From Prevotella sp. (lineage in GTDB: Bacteria > Bacteroidota > Bacteroidia > Bacteroidales > Bacteroidaceae): 64,000 nucleotides of DNA. Positions 20,244 to 29,767 of the stretch are shown one piece after another. The translations under genes were made by a program, and so were the position numbers. The stretch lies in contig JAFPZD010000023.1 of NCBI GenBank assembly GCA_017417465.1, forward strand, positions 7,729-71,728, written 5' to 3'. The notes below the pieces were generated by a model. It searched no databases. It had not been told where the DNA came from and saw nothing but the letters and a program-made list of their open reading frames with translations. How positions within the stretch are numbered: position 1 is the first letter of the stretch; each line of letters opens with the position of its first letter.

Positions 20244-21368
20244 TCAGTCGTTAATCAGCATCGGCATCATCAGCATCAGCACATCCTGATTCTCGGGCTG
20301 CTCAGAGGGCACCACAAGACCAGCACGGCTGGGGTCGGCGAGCTGAATGATAACCTGCTCGCAGTCGAAGTTGCTCAGCACCTCGATGAACGACGAGCCC
20401 TTGAAGCCAATGCTCAGCGGCATGCCGTTATAGTCGCACGACATCTTCTCAGTAGCCGTCTTCGAGAAATCGTAATCCTCGGCATCGAGCTGCAGCGTGC
20501 CATTCTCGACATGGAAGCGAATGAGGTTGCTCGACTCGTTGGAGAAAGGCTGCACACGGCGCAGGGCGGCCAGCAAGCCCAGACGGTCGACCGTCAGCTG
20601 ATTGGGGTTACCCTGCGGAATGACGGAGTTGTAGTTGGGGTAACGGCCCTCGATAAGGCGACAAGTAATGATGCCCTCCTCGTAGTTGATCTCAGCATTG
20701 CGGTCGTCGAAGCGAATGACAGTGTCGCCTGCCTGCTTGCCTAACAGGCTCTTGAGCAGCGTGGCAGGCTTCTTAGCCAGAATGAACGAGGCGGGCTCTG
20801 CACTCTGAATGTTAAGCACCTTGTTGCGAACCAGCTTGTGACCGTCGCTGGCAACAATGGCCAGATGGTCGGGCAGCAGGTCGAAGTAGAGGCCGTTCAT
20901 CACAGGGCGCAGCTCGTCCTGAGCAGTGGCAAAGAGGGTGCGGCTGATGTTCTCGGCGAGCACGCTGGTGGGCATGGTGATGGTGATGGCACCATCGCCT
21001 ATCTGCTGCGGCTGCGGATATTCCTCGGCATTCTCGATGGGCAGCGAGAACATACCGTTCTGATAGCTGACCTTGGCAAGGTTTGTGCCCAGGTCGACCT
21101 CGAACGTAATAGGCTGCTCGGAAATGCCACGGACAGCCTCGAGCAGGTCGTGGTTGCCCACGCAGAAGCGGCCGTCGCCGTCGTTCTCGTTCAGCACGAG
21201 CGAGGTCTTCATCATGACCTCACTGTCTGAAGCGGTCAGGTCGAGCATGCCATTGCTGACTTCGAACAGGAAGTCACCCAGGATGGGCAACGAGTTCTTA
21301 CTATTAATTACTCTCGACAGAGCGGCCAGGCGGCTGCTCAATGCAGTGCTTGATACGGTGAATCTCAT
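20244..21368 (-). CDS. dnaN: DNA polymerase III beta clamp
   Basis: LPIL, DELRPVMNG, VASDGHKL, RLIEGRYPNY, LMMPM. Confidence 0.97.
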   Translation of the reverse strand: MRFTVSSTALSSRLAALSRVINSKNSLPILGDFLFEVSNGMLDLTASDSEVMMKTSLVLNENDGDGRFCVGNHDLLEAVRGISEQPITFEVDLGTNLAKVSYQNGMFSLPIENAEEYPQPQQIGDGAITITMPTSVLAENISRTLFATAQDELRPVMNGLYFDLLPDHLAIVASDGHKLVRNKVLNIQSAEPASFILAKKPATLLKSLLGKQAGDTVIRFDDRNAEINYEEGIITCRLIEGRYPNYNSVIPQGNPNQLTVDRLGLLAALRRVQPFSNESSNLIRFHVENGTLQLDAEDYDFSKTATEKMSCDYNGMPLSIGFKGSSFIEVLSNFDCEQVIIQLADPSRAGLVVPSEQPENQDVLMLMMPMLIND

Positions 21369-21526
21369 ATTGATACTTTCTTGTTTTTACGCTTTTGGCC
21401 TACAAAAATACAAAAAAAGTGTGTTACAAGCAAAATAATTGCGAAAAAATTGCTTGTTTTCAAACTTTTTCAGTAATTTCGCAGTCGATTTAGCAAAAAT
21501 AAGAACAATTCTAACAAAGAAACAGT

Positions 21527-21967
21527 ATGGATCTAACAGGAAAAATCATTGCCATCATGGAGGCACAGAGCGGTATATCGAACCGCACAGGTAACAGTTG
21601 GATGAGTCAGGACTACGTCATTGAGGTGCCCGGACAGTTCCCACGTCGTATGGTGTTCCGCATCTTTGGCGAAGAGCGCATCAAGCAGTTCAGTATTCAG
21701 GCTGGTGAGGAGCTCACCGTCCAGTTCGACATCGACGCCCACGAGTTCAATGGACGCTGGTTCAACGACATCCGCGCCTATAACATCATCCGTGGCGGAC
21801 AGATGGCCGGCACCGTGCCTGCCGCAACGGCATTTGCTGGACAGCCTGCCCCAGCACAGCCAGGCGTCGCTCCCGCTGCACCTGCTGCCAACACCGCTGC
21901 CGAGGCACCATTCCCACCCGCCCAGGAGCCTGCCGGCGAGAATGCTGCCGACGACCTGCCCTTCTAA
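21527..21967 (+). CDS. DUF3127 family (OB-fold, SSB-like) protein
   Basis: MDLTGKII, FDIDAHEFNGRWFN, acidic DDLPF tail. Confidence 0.85.
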   Translation: MDLTGKIIAIMEAQSGISNRTGNSWMSQDYVIEVPGQFPRRMVFRIFGEERIKQFSIQAGEELTVQFDIDAHEFNGRWFNDIRAYNIIRGGQMAGTVPAATAFAGQPAPAQPGVAPAAPAANTAAEAPFPPAQEPAGENAADDLPF

Positions 21968-22120
21968 GGCTTACACCTTATTATATTATATGCTCGTATT
22001 TCAGGAGTAAAGGAGAAAAGGAGTAGAGGAGATGTGGAGATGTGGAGGTAAAGTAGAATAGACCTATTCCCATATCAAACCGATTCTTTTGCAGGATCTC
22101 GGAGCAGCAGAGGTATTATC

Positions 22121-22699
22121 GTGGAAGCAAAGCAGATGACCGTCAAAGAGATTTTCGAGTTGCGTCGGCAAGGACGCATCGAGGAGGCCTACGAGGCCAT
22201 CCGCCCGATGTATGCCGTTCACAAAGGTCACTACACCTCACTCTGCATGTTCTGGACGGCCAGCGACATTCTGAAGAAGCGTCTCAAAGAGGGGCGCACC
22301 GACGAGGCCCTGAAAATCTTCAAGGCACTGGTGCGTATGCTACCTAACGTCGATGACAGTAGCGGCATGGTGCACGCTACTGTCATCGATTTGGCTTTGC
22401 GTCTAGGCGAAGCCACCACTGCCTTCAGCCTTCTTGACTTTACAAACCTGCTAAAGCTGACGGAGCGCGACTTTCAGCCAACCACCAGCAAGGAGGGGCG
22501 CACGTTTGCGCCATTAGCCACGCGCCTGCTGACACAGGTCTTCACGGCCCTCCAGAAGCAGCCCACCGTCGACAACGCCCTTCAGGCGATGCCCTTATTA
22601 GAAGCTGCCGCCAAGCACGCCCCCAACGACCCTGAGAGCCAACAGCTGAAGGCCGCCATCCGCAAAATCATCGACGACAGTCAGGCGCCTCAGCCGTAA
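22121..22699 (+). CDS. Hypothetical alpha-helical (TPR-like) protein
   Basis: ORF with plausible codon usage; EIFELRRQGRIEEAY N-terminus; start may be ATG 22136. Confidence 0.6.
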   Translation: MEAKQMTVKEIFELRRQGRIEEAYEAIRPMYAVHKGHYTSLCMFWTASDILKKRLKEGRTDEALKIFKALVRMLPNVDDSSGMVHATVIDLALRLGEATTAFSLLDFTNLLKLTERDFQPTTSKEGRTFAPLATRLLTQVFTALQKQPTVDNALQAMPLLEAAAKHAPNDPESQQLKAAIRKIIDDSQAPQP

Positions 22700-22816
22700 C
22701 GTCGCCGATTGTCTTTCCCCTCATTACACGAACGTAGGGGCTGACCCACATAGGCAGGTCCACACCGGCGGTCCATTCTGGCGGCAGCAACTATTCACTA
22801 TAAACTATTCACTGTC

Positions 22817-25800
22817 TCACTGTATTCCCGCCATCATGTTCGTGATGGCCACGATGTCACCAATGCCGACCTCGCCGTCGCCATTCACGTCGGCTTGTTC
22901 CAGCGTGACGCCATTCGCCATGCCTGCCATGTAGTTTGTGATAGCCACAATGTCGCCGATGCCCACCTGGCCGTCAGCATTCACGTCGCCATCGAGAGCG
23001 CCACGCACCCAGAACGGTGTCACGTCAGTGACGCTGGCACCAAACGAGTTCCAGAACGTGGCCTTCAGCGTGTGCGTGCCCTCAGCGAGCTCGCTGGCGT
23101 CGAGTGTGTAGTTGAACACCACCTCTGACTTGGCGCCAAGTTGCCCATAGGCCACCACGCTGTCGTTGTCAAGCGTCAGGCTGTAGGAAGCCATCGTGGC
23201 ATCGCCATCGGCACCATAGCGCAACTTCACCACGACGGCATAGGAGACGATAGCCGTAGTGGTCGTTGGGTCATCGCCAATGGCACGGCAGTAGAGGCGG
23301 TGGTGGCCAGGCGCAATGCCGTTGAGGTTCAGGTCATCGGCAAAGACGAAGTCCGCTCCCTCGCCACTCTGGACGCCAAGGGTGCGGCTGTGGGCGATGT
23401 CGCCATCGAACCAGTATTCCAATGTCTTGACGCTCCCCGTGCCTACCTTCAGCACATTGCTCGTCACGAGCGAGCCCTTGTTCGAGCCGTCAGTGCTGGT
23501 GGGACGGATATTGAGGCGATGGAGGCCAAATGGCAAGTCGCTCATGTCGAGCATATAGTCGTAGACGTAGCAGTCGCCATCGGCAGTGCCATCAAGGAAA
23601 TAGCGGTTGGCGGTGTCGTCGTCAAACCAATACTCCAGCTGGGTGGCCTTGCCCGTTGAGAGCTTCATCACCGTGCAGCTGAGCACGCTGCCAGCAGTGA
23701 GGCCCGTACTACTGACGGCACGGAAGTTCAGGCGGTGCTGACCTGGCGTCAGCCCACTCAGGTCGAGCTCACTGATGTAGATGTAGCCGTCGTCAGCATA
23801 CGAGCGCTTGCCCATCAGCTTCTGAGAATGCTTCACGTCGTTGTCGAACCAGTATTCCAGCTCGCCAGCCACGCCCTTTGCGAGTTTCAGCACACCCTGC
23901 GACTGCACACTGCCCATCACGCTGCCCTTCGTGGCCACCTGAATGTTCAGGCGATGGAAGCCTGGCGAGCAGAAGGCGTCGTCGCTGAGGTCGAGCTCCA
24001 ACAGCTGTTCGTCCTCGGTATCTGCCAGCGGCAGGGTCTTCATCCCGTCGCGGTTGTCGTCAATCCAGTAATCCAAATGGCCTTCCTGCTCCTTCGTCAG
24101 CTTCAGGAACGGTGTGGTGTTCACAGACGAGAATTGATAGTCACCAGCATTACGTTTCACTCGGAAATGCAGCAGGTGGAAGCCGTCTTCGAGATTGTCG
24201 GTGGCGATATTACCTCGTACCACCGACTCGCTCTTAGTAAGCGTGGCTGTACGAATATCTTTAAAATTATCGTCAAACCAGTATTCAAAGCGTGTCAACT
24301 TCATTGGGCCGTTATCATTTTCGGCATCGGCAAAAGCAGGAGCTTCAACACACTGCAGTTCTGCAGAATGATAGAACTCTTCGCCAAAGATATCCGTTGC
24401 CAACAAAACATAATGATGCCCTATGATGAGATTGTTGAACGAGAAATTATAAGTGCTTGACTCGCCTGGTGAGATATTGGTGGAAAAGATTCTTATTTGC
24501 GTTTTTTCTGTCTCAATGTCTTTCAGCAACACAAAGATGGGTTTAATACTTTGTCCCTCACCTTTGTTGTGGAAAGTCATGCGACCTTGCAACAGGGTCT
24601 CAGTGATGGTGAACTCGGTAAAATCACCTTGATCCAGATACACGTCAGTTACTTCCAACTCTGTATGGGGGACGGGGCGGACTTGGAATACTGCACCTTG
24701 ATCTACATTATACTTGAGGAGCTCGCCTTCGCCTTCGAAGACATCCAGAAGGTATTTGCCGTCAGAGTAACTACTCCATCCGAAATTCACATAAAAATAA
24801 TGGTCCTCGAAGCCCTCCAAAAGGAAGGCATGTCCCGCACGTTTGGTTTCTCCACTTTTTGGATCTACGTATGTTCTAGTTCCACGGTACAACACTGGCC
24901 CACGATTAAGTATTTCATCTCGCAACATTCCTCGCCATGTTTCCCTGTAATAATTATCACTATAAGCAGAGAACACATGATCATCATAACCAAAATAAGA
25001 CTTAAGAGCTATAGGAACATCGGAAAGGAATGCTTCTGATTCTTCTGGGGTGTAAGTGGTCTTTATCGAATTGCCTGCCAGTTTCATCAACGTTGCCACA
25101 GCTGCTTTCTGTTTGTCGTTGATTTTGCTATAAATAATGTACTGTTCGGGCTTGTTTTCTTCGTTTAATGTGTAATAGGCGTATTGAGGCAATATATTTG
25201 ACCAGTCAATACGAGTATAAGCAGGAATAGCCTCAACGTCATCACTTTGTAGAAAGCTAAAAATGGATGAATCGATTAGGGATTCCAGTGTAGAAATATT
25301 ATTGTGATAACTTGGAATCTCATTTGTGGTAGCCTTCGGCCATTTATAAGCATACATCAGACTTGCCAATGCTGTGGCAGTGCATCCTGTAATCGAAGGT
25401 TTTCCGTCTACTATGAGGCAAGAATCATTGTATGGTGAATCCTGGTCGAAGTGGCAACGCCTGTCCTCATCAATAATATATTTTGGCATCCCAAGCTCTT
25501 TCTTTGGAGCATTTTTCCGTGGACTGTTTTGCTCCCTTGTTATTCCTTTCTTCCGCAAGAAGGCAATCTGGTCAGCGTAGCCGTCGAGGAGAACACGCAA
25601 GCCGCAGGGCATGTGATCAGGATTGATGGTGCCAATGTTCGAGTAGCCGAGGATGTCGGTGGTGGCGTCGTCGCCACTGACGACGACGTAGCCGTCGCCA
25701 TCATTGGGAGCGTTATAAATATAATAGGTGGCGTCGCGTCCCTGAGCTGCCAATCGCAGCTGACGGGCGGCAGGTGCACGGCGGCGAGCACCAGAGGTCT

Positions 25801-25915
25801 GCTGATCTTGGAAGAACGCGGCGGCTTTCTGGCGGGCTTGGTCAACCGTAACAGGGTTCGCCCGCAGATGAAGCGCGCAGAGCAGACAGAGTATTATGAA
25901 TAGGTGTCGTTTCAT
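22817..25915 (-). CDS. C10 (streptopain-like) cysteine peptidase with Spi prodomain, EYWFD repeats and dockerin-like C-terminus
   Basis: GYVVVSGDD...ILGYS prodomain; TGCTATA (Cys), GHAFLLEG (His), YVNFGW (Asn). Confidence 0.88.
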   Translation of the reverse strand: MKRHLFIILCLLCALHLRANPVTVDQARQKAAAFFQDQQTSGARRRAPAARQLRLAAQGRDATYYIYNAPNDGDGYVVVSGDDATTDILGYSNIGTINPDHMPCGLRVLLDGYADQIAFLRKKGITREQNSPRKNAPKKELGMPKYIIDEDRRCHFDQDSPYNDSCLIVDGKPSITGCTATALASLMYAYKWPKATTNEIPSYHNNISTLESLIDSSIFSFLQSDDVEAIPAYTRIDWSNILPQYAYYTLNEENKPEQYIIYSKINDKQKAAVATLMKLAGNSIKTTYTPEESEAFLSDVPIALKSYFGYDDHVFSAYSDNYYRETWRGMLRDEILNRGPVLYRGTRTYVDPKSGETKRAGHAFLLEGFEDHYFYVNFGWSSYSDGKYLLDVFEGEGELLKYNVDQGAVFQVRPVPHTELEVTDVYLDQGDFTEFTITETLLQGRMTFHNKGEGQSIKPIFVLLKDIETEKTQIRIFSTNISPGESSTYNFSFNNLIIGHHYVLLATDIFGEEFYHSAELQCVEAPAFADAENDNGPMKLTRFEYWFDDNFKDIRTATLTKSESVVRGNIATDNLEDGFHLLHFRVKRNAGDYQFSSVNTTPFLKLTKEQEGHLDYWIDDNRDGMKTLPLADTEDEQLLELDLSDDAFCSPGFHRLNIQVATKGSVMGSVQSQGVLKLAKGVAGELEYWFDNDVKHSQKLMGKRSYADDGYIYISELDLSGLTPGQHRLNFRAVSSTGLTAGSVLSCTVMKLSTGKATQLEYWFDDDTANRYFLDGTADGDCYVYDYMLDMSDLPFGLHRLNIRPTSTDGSNKGSLVTSNVLKVGTGSVKTLEYWFDGDIAHSRTLGVQSGEGADFVFADDLNLNGIAPGHHRLYCRAIGDDPTTTTAIVSYAVVVKLRYGADGDATMASYSLTLDNDSVVAYGQLGAKSEVVFNYTLDASELAEGTHTLKATFWNSFGASVTDVTPFWVRGALDGDVNADGQVGIGDIVAITNYMAGMANGVTLEQADVNGDGEVGIGDIVAITNMMAGIQ

Positions 25916-26065
25916 AAATGTTGAATTGTTAGGTAACATCAAAGGGAGTTAAATCAAACTGTGGTTACTTGCTCTACGAGCGAGCGTGGAGATAAAGGAT
26001 ATTGCGCGCCTTGAAAAAGGTGTGGAAGGGAGCTTAGAAAAGGTGGCGAGGGAGGGGACAAAGTT

Positions 26066-26147
26066 AAAACTGCGACAGTGTTTGATAAAACTGCGTCGTT
26101 GTTTGATGAAACTGCGACAGTGTTTGATGAAACTGCGACAATGTTTG
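26066..26147. repeat. 21-bp tandem repeat RAAACTGCGACAGTGTTTGAT, four copies
   Basis: Seen directly in the intergenic region. Confidence 0.9.
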
Positions 26148-26211
26148 CCCTTTTTCCAGAGGCGACTTCCACAAGCTTTCTTGTGGCACACTTTACTTCT
26201 CCTTCACGCGT

Positions 26212-27168
26212 TTACTCGCCTGCGCGAACACGGATCTTGATGTTCAGCTTACCCTCGGCGTCTGTCTGCTCGGGAATCTGCTTGGCAACGATGTAGGGCA
26301 CGGGAGGAAGAGCAGAGTCGCTGAAGCCAGTGCCAGCATAGATGCCCGCCTGGCTGTTGTACTTCTGGTAGTCGCCCTTGAAGTGGTAGTCGCTGTTAGG
26401 GGTTATACCGGCAGGATTCACGAAAACATTTGCCCAATCTACATCGCCCACATTAATATCATATGGTCCCCAAGCATTCTTAGCCATATTCATTTCGGTT
26501 TGACAGTTAACGCCAGAAAGAGGGCCACCATACCAATCCAATATTACATTACCTGTTATCGTAGTGTTATCACAGGAATTCATTGCATTTCCATAATAAT
26601 AAGCAATGAGAATATTATACTCTATATATCCATTATCCAAATCACAAATCGAATGGGCAATATTGTTCGTAAATTCACATCTTGCACTACGGAAATGAGA
26701 GTTATTGCGGATATAATTCTGGTTTACGACCGTTCCCATACAAGTGTTATTATATACTTGTACCGAGTTCAAGTTACAATAGCGCACCAGCACATTATCC
26801 ACTTTCTTATTGTCGTTAGCAATATAAACGTCACCCGTTATATACGCCCCCATCACAGCACTTCCGTCGCTGCCCTCATTGAAGAACAGGTTGCCCGTAA
26901 TGGTGGTATATCCATCAGCATTCTCGCCCTTAATCTTATGTCCAATGCCAATGATGGTGAGTTTCTTCGTAATCTTCACACTGTCGGCAATGGGGAAACC
27001 GCCGCCAGGAAGGTAGATGACGCTGTTTGCAGAGGCGCCCTCGATGGCTTCCTGCAGGGTGCTGTAAAGATTTGTTGAGCCGCCAGCCGACACCACTGAA
27101 ATTTGCTGAGCCATTGCGGCCACGCCTGCCACGATGGCAAGAACGAATGTAAGAATAAGCTTTTTCAT
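26212..27168 (-). CDS. Secreted hypothetical protein, probable parallel beta-helix
   Basis: Signal peptide; TLQEAIEGA...VIYLPGG; KKLTIIGIGH; Asn-rich strands; DYHFK...AGIYAG. Confidence 0.7.
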   Translation of the reverse strand: MKKLILTFVLAIVAGVAAMAQQISVVSAGGSTNLYSTLQEAIEGASANSVIYLPGGGFPIADSVKITKKLTIIGIGHKIKGENADGYTTITGNLFFNEGSDGSAVMGAYITGDVYIANDNKKVDNVLVRYCNLNSVQVYNNTCMGTVVNQNYIRNNSHFRSARCEFTNNIAHSICDLDNGYIEYNILIAYYYGNAMNSCDNTTITGNVILDWYGGPLSGVNCQTEMNMAKNAWGPYDINVGDVDWANVFVNPAGITPNSDYHFKGDYQKYNSQAGIYAGTGFSDSALPPVPYIVAKQIPEQTDAEGKLNIKIRVRAGE

Positions 27169-27270
27169 AATCTTTGGTTGTTTTTTAGTTATTGATAATG
27201 TTTAATATTTTTTCTCTAGTTATCATACGCTTCAATGCTATTCGTCGGCAAAGTTAAGCAAAAAAAATGA

Positions 27271-27307
27271 AAGTGCCAAACTTTTCCAGCAGAAAAGTTT
27301 GGCACTT
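27271..27307 (-). terminator. Hairpin downstream of bcp
   Basis: AAGTGCCAAACTTTTC / GAAAAGTTTGGCACTT perfect stem. Confidence 0.7.
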
Positions 27308-27332
27308 AAGCATTTAGTGTTCAGCCGAGTGT

Positions 27333-27785
27333 TCAGCGGCTTAGCAGCTGCTCGGCGTGGATCTTTGTCTTGATCTGCTTGGGGCCGATGATTTGCTCGA
27401 CGATGCCCTCCTCATTAATAATAAAGGTGGTGCGGACGGTACCCATGTACTTGCGGCCGTACATCGACTTCTCCTGCCACACGCCGAACTGCTCGACCAG
27501 CTGCTTGTCGACGTCGGCGATGAGTGGGAAGTTCAGGTTGTGCTTCTCGATGAACTTACGATGCTGCGCGTCGCTGTCGACGCTGACGCCGACCACCTCC
27601 ATGCCCGCCGCGAGCAAGTCCTCGCGATGGTCGCGGAAGCTGCAGGCCTCGGCCGTACAGCCACTCGTCAGGTCCTTGGGGTAGAAGTAGAGCACCAGCT
27701 TCTTACCACGATAGTCACTCAGGCGTATTTCACGCCCCTGTTCGTCTTTGCCCAACAGTTCGGGCGCTTTGTCTCCAATGTTCAT
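27333..27785 (-). CDS. bcp: Thioredoxin-dependent thiol peroxidase (BCP)
   Basis: VLYFYPKD.TSGCTAEACSFRD, EKSMYGRKYMG. Confidence 0.93.
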   Translation of the reverse strand: MNIGDKAPELLGKDEQGREIRLSDYRGKKLVLYFYPKDLTSGCTAEACSFRDHREDLLAAGMEVVGVSVDSDAQHRKFIEKHNLNFPLIADVDKQLVEQFGVWQEKSMYGRKYMGTVRTTFIINEEGIVEQIIGPKQIKTKIHAEQLLSR

Positions 27786-27887
27786 GTTTGTATGGTTTTT
27801 ATTTGGGTGTTGAGAGTTAAGTGTTGAGAGTTGAGAGACGTTAGTTTTTTCGCGACGGAAGTAAAGTCTCTCAACACTTATCACTTA

Positions 27888-29711
27888 TCACTCCACTCCT
27901 GCCATGATGTTCGTGATGGCCACGATGTCGCCGATGCCCACTGCGTCGTCTGCATTGACGTCGGCACGGGCAGCGATATCCGGATCAGTGGCAACACCAG
28001 CCATGACGTTGGTGATGGCCACAATGTCGCCGATACCCACAGCGCCGTCGGCGTTGACGTCGCCCTTCTTCGCACGGATGGTGACGGTGTAGCTCACGGC
28101 TGACGGAGCCTGACGGTAGTCGGTTGCAGCGCCGCTGACGGTGATGGTGGCCGTGCCGATGCCGTTGACGGTCAGCGCACCGGTCTCAGCGTCGACGCTC
28201 ACCACGTCAGTATTGCTCGACGTGAAGGTCAGCTTGCCGTCGTAGTCCTGCGAGCGGGTGACGGTCGGGGATTGCAAATCCCCTCCAACAGATTGCAAAT
28301 CCCCTCCAACAGATTGCAAATCCCCTCCAACAGATTGCAAATCCCCTCCAGCGGAGCCATTCCAGAGGGCGGTGACGCTGTTTTCAGAGAGCTTGATCCA
28401 CGACGCGGGCTTGTCCCAACGGGTGATGTTCAGGGCGACGGGCAGGTTGTTGTCCTTCGAGTTGCCCTCTACCCATGAGTAGGGCCACTTCGTCTCATAT
28501 TCGTAAGTAGTCTTTCGGCCCACCACGTTCTGCACGTTCACACCGTCGTCGTAGAACACCACATAGCGTATGCCGTCGATGGTTGTCTCTGTCGCAGCAA
28601 CGCTCTTACTGCCAACCTTCAAGTTCTTCATACGAGTGGGATCCATACGGTCGTGTACTTTCAGCCCCACTTCCGTAGGCGACAGTCGCCATGCCACGGC
28701 ATCGGGCTGCTGGTCGTCAATCAACAGTTGGTACTCATCCGTTTCATTCTTTTTCACGTCCTGCAGGTCGAGCCATATCAGCTTGTTGTGCTCTGCCCAG
28801 ATGGCTGTGATGTTTGGGCACTTGTCGACGATGAGCGTCTGGAGTTTGTTGTCGCTGCAATCCAGTCCGCCGATGGCGGGCAGGTTGTTCAATGTCAGTA
28901 TGCCAAGGATGTTATCGTGAGCCTCGATGGAGCCGAGCTGTGCCAGGTCATCCACGAGCATGCTGGTGATGTCGCTCTCCACCACGATGATGCTAAGCAC
29001 CTCGGGCAGGCTCTTGAAGGTGAGCGACTTGATGGTGCTGTACTTGATGTCAATGTTCGTCAACTCTGGGCAGTTCGCCATGATGAGCGAGTTGAGTTGA
29101 TAATAATCAAATATACCATCAACACCGATTTCCTGTATCGACTTGTGGCCGCTGAAATCCAAGTCGGTGATACCCGTCGTGCCCGTAAACGCGACTGACT
29201 GGAGGTCTGAGAACTGCTTCGGGTCGAAGGTCTTGATGAGGGGGGCGTTATTCAGATAGAGATACTTGATGCCGTTGGGCAGTTTCAACGTTGAGAGGTT
29301 GGCGGGATTGTCGCCTGCCAAGAAAGTTTCCAGGTTGGTACACTTCGATGCATCGACCGTTGTCAATTCACCGACCTGGTCCTGGATATCCAGCGTATTC
29401 AGGTTCGGCAGGGCGTAGTCGAATGTCCTCAGGCAAGGCTCATCCGGGTAATTGACAAGATACAGTTCTGTAATGGATGTCAGCAGTTCGATGCCTTTCA
29501 GGTTGCTGACTCTGTCGAAGTTGTGATGTCCGCCGTTGGCTTCCATCTCCTCATCACTGATGATGTCGTCCTCCTCGATATTATCAAAAGCTTCTTTCAC
29601 CTGTGCACGGAAATTCTCGTCAGGGAAGTTTGTGCTGTTAATCACAACGCTGGCCTGTGCACCCGTCATTGCGAGTGCCAGTGCTGCCAAAGCAATCATT
29701 CTCTTTTTCAT
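27888..29711 (-). CDS. Secreted leucine-rich repeat protein with Ig-like (Big_2) domain and dockerin-like C-terminus
   Basis: INSTNFPDENFR cap, LRR pattern, FTSSNTDVVSVD...G.ATIT, twin GDVN motifs. Confidence 0.8.
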   Translation of the reverse strand: MKKRMIALAALALAMTGAQASVVINSTNFPDENFRAQVKEAFDNIEEDDIISDEEMEANGGHHNFDRVSNLKGIELLTSITELYLVNYPDEPCLRTFDYALPNLNTLDIQDQVGELTTVDASKCTNLETFLAGDNPANLSTLKLPNGIKYLYLNNAPLIKTFDPKQFSDLQSVAFTGTTGITDLDFSGHKSIQEIGVDGIFDYYQLNSLIMANCPELTNIDIKYSTIKSLTFKSLPEVLSIIVVESDITSMLVDDLAQLGSIEAHDNILGILTLNNLPAIGGLDCSDNKLQTLIVDKCPNITAIWAEHNKLIWLDLQDVKKNETDEYQLLIDDQQPDAVAWRLSPTEVGLKVHDRMDPTRMKNLKVGSKSVAATETTIDGIRYVVFYDDGVNVQNVVGRKTTYEYETKWPYSWVEGNSKDNNLPVALNITRWDKPASWIKLSENSVTALWNGSAGGDLQSVGGDLQSVGGDLQSVGGDLQSPTVTRSQDYDGKLTFTSSNTDVVSVDAETGALTVNGIGTATITVSGAATDYRQAPSAVSYTVTIRAKKGDVNADGAVGIGDIVAITNVMAGVATDPDIAARADVNADDAVGIGDIVAITNIMAGVE

Positions 29712-29767
29712 AACGGTTATCGTGTTGATTTCTATTTCACTTTCACAATGCGGTAGCTGTCGATGGA

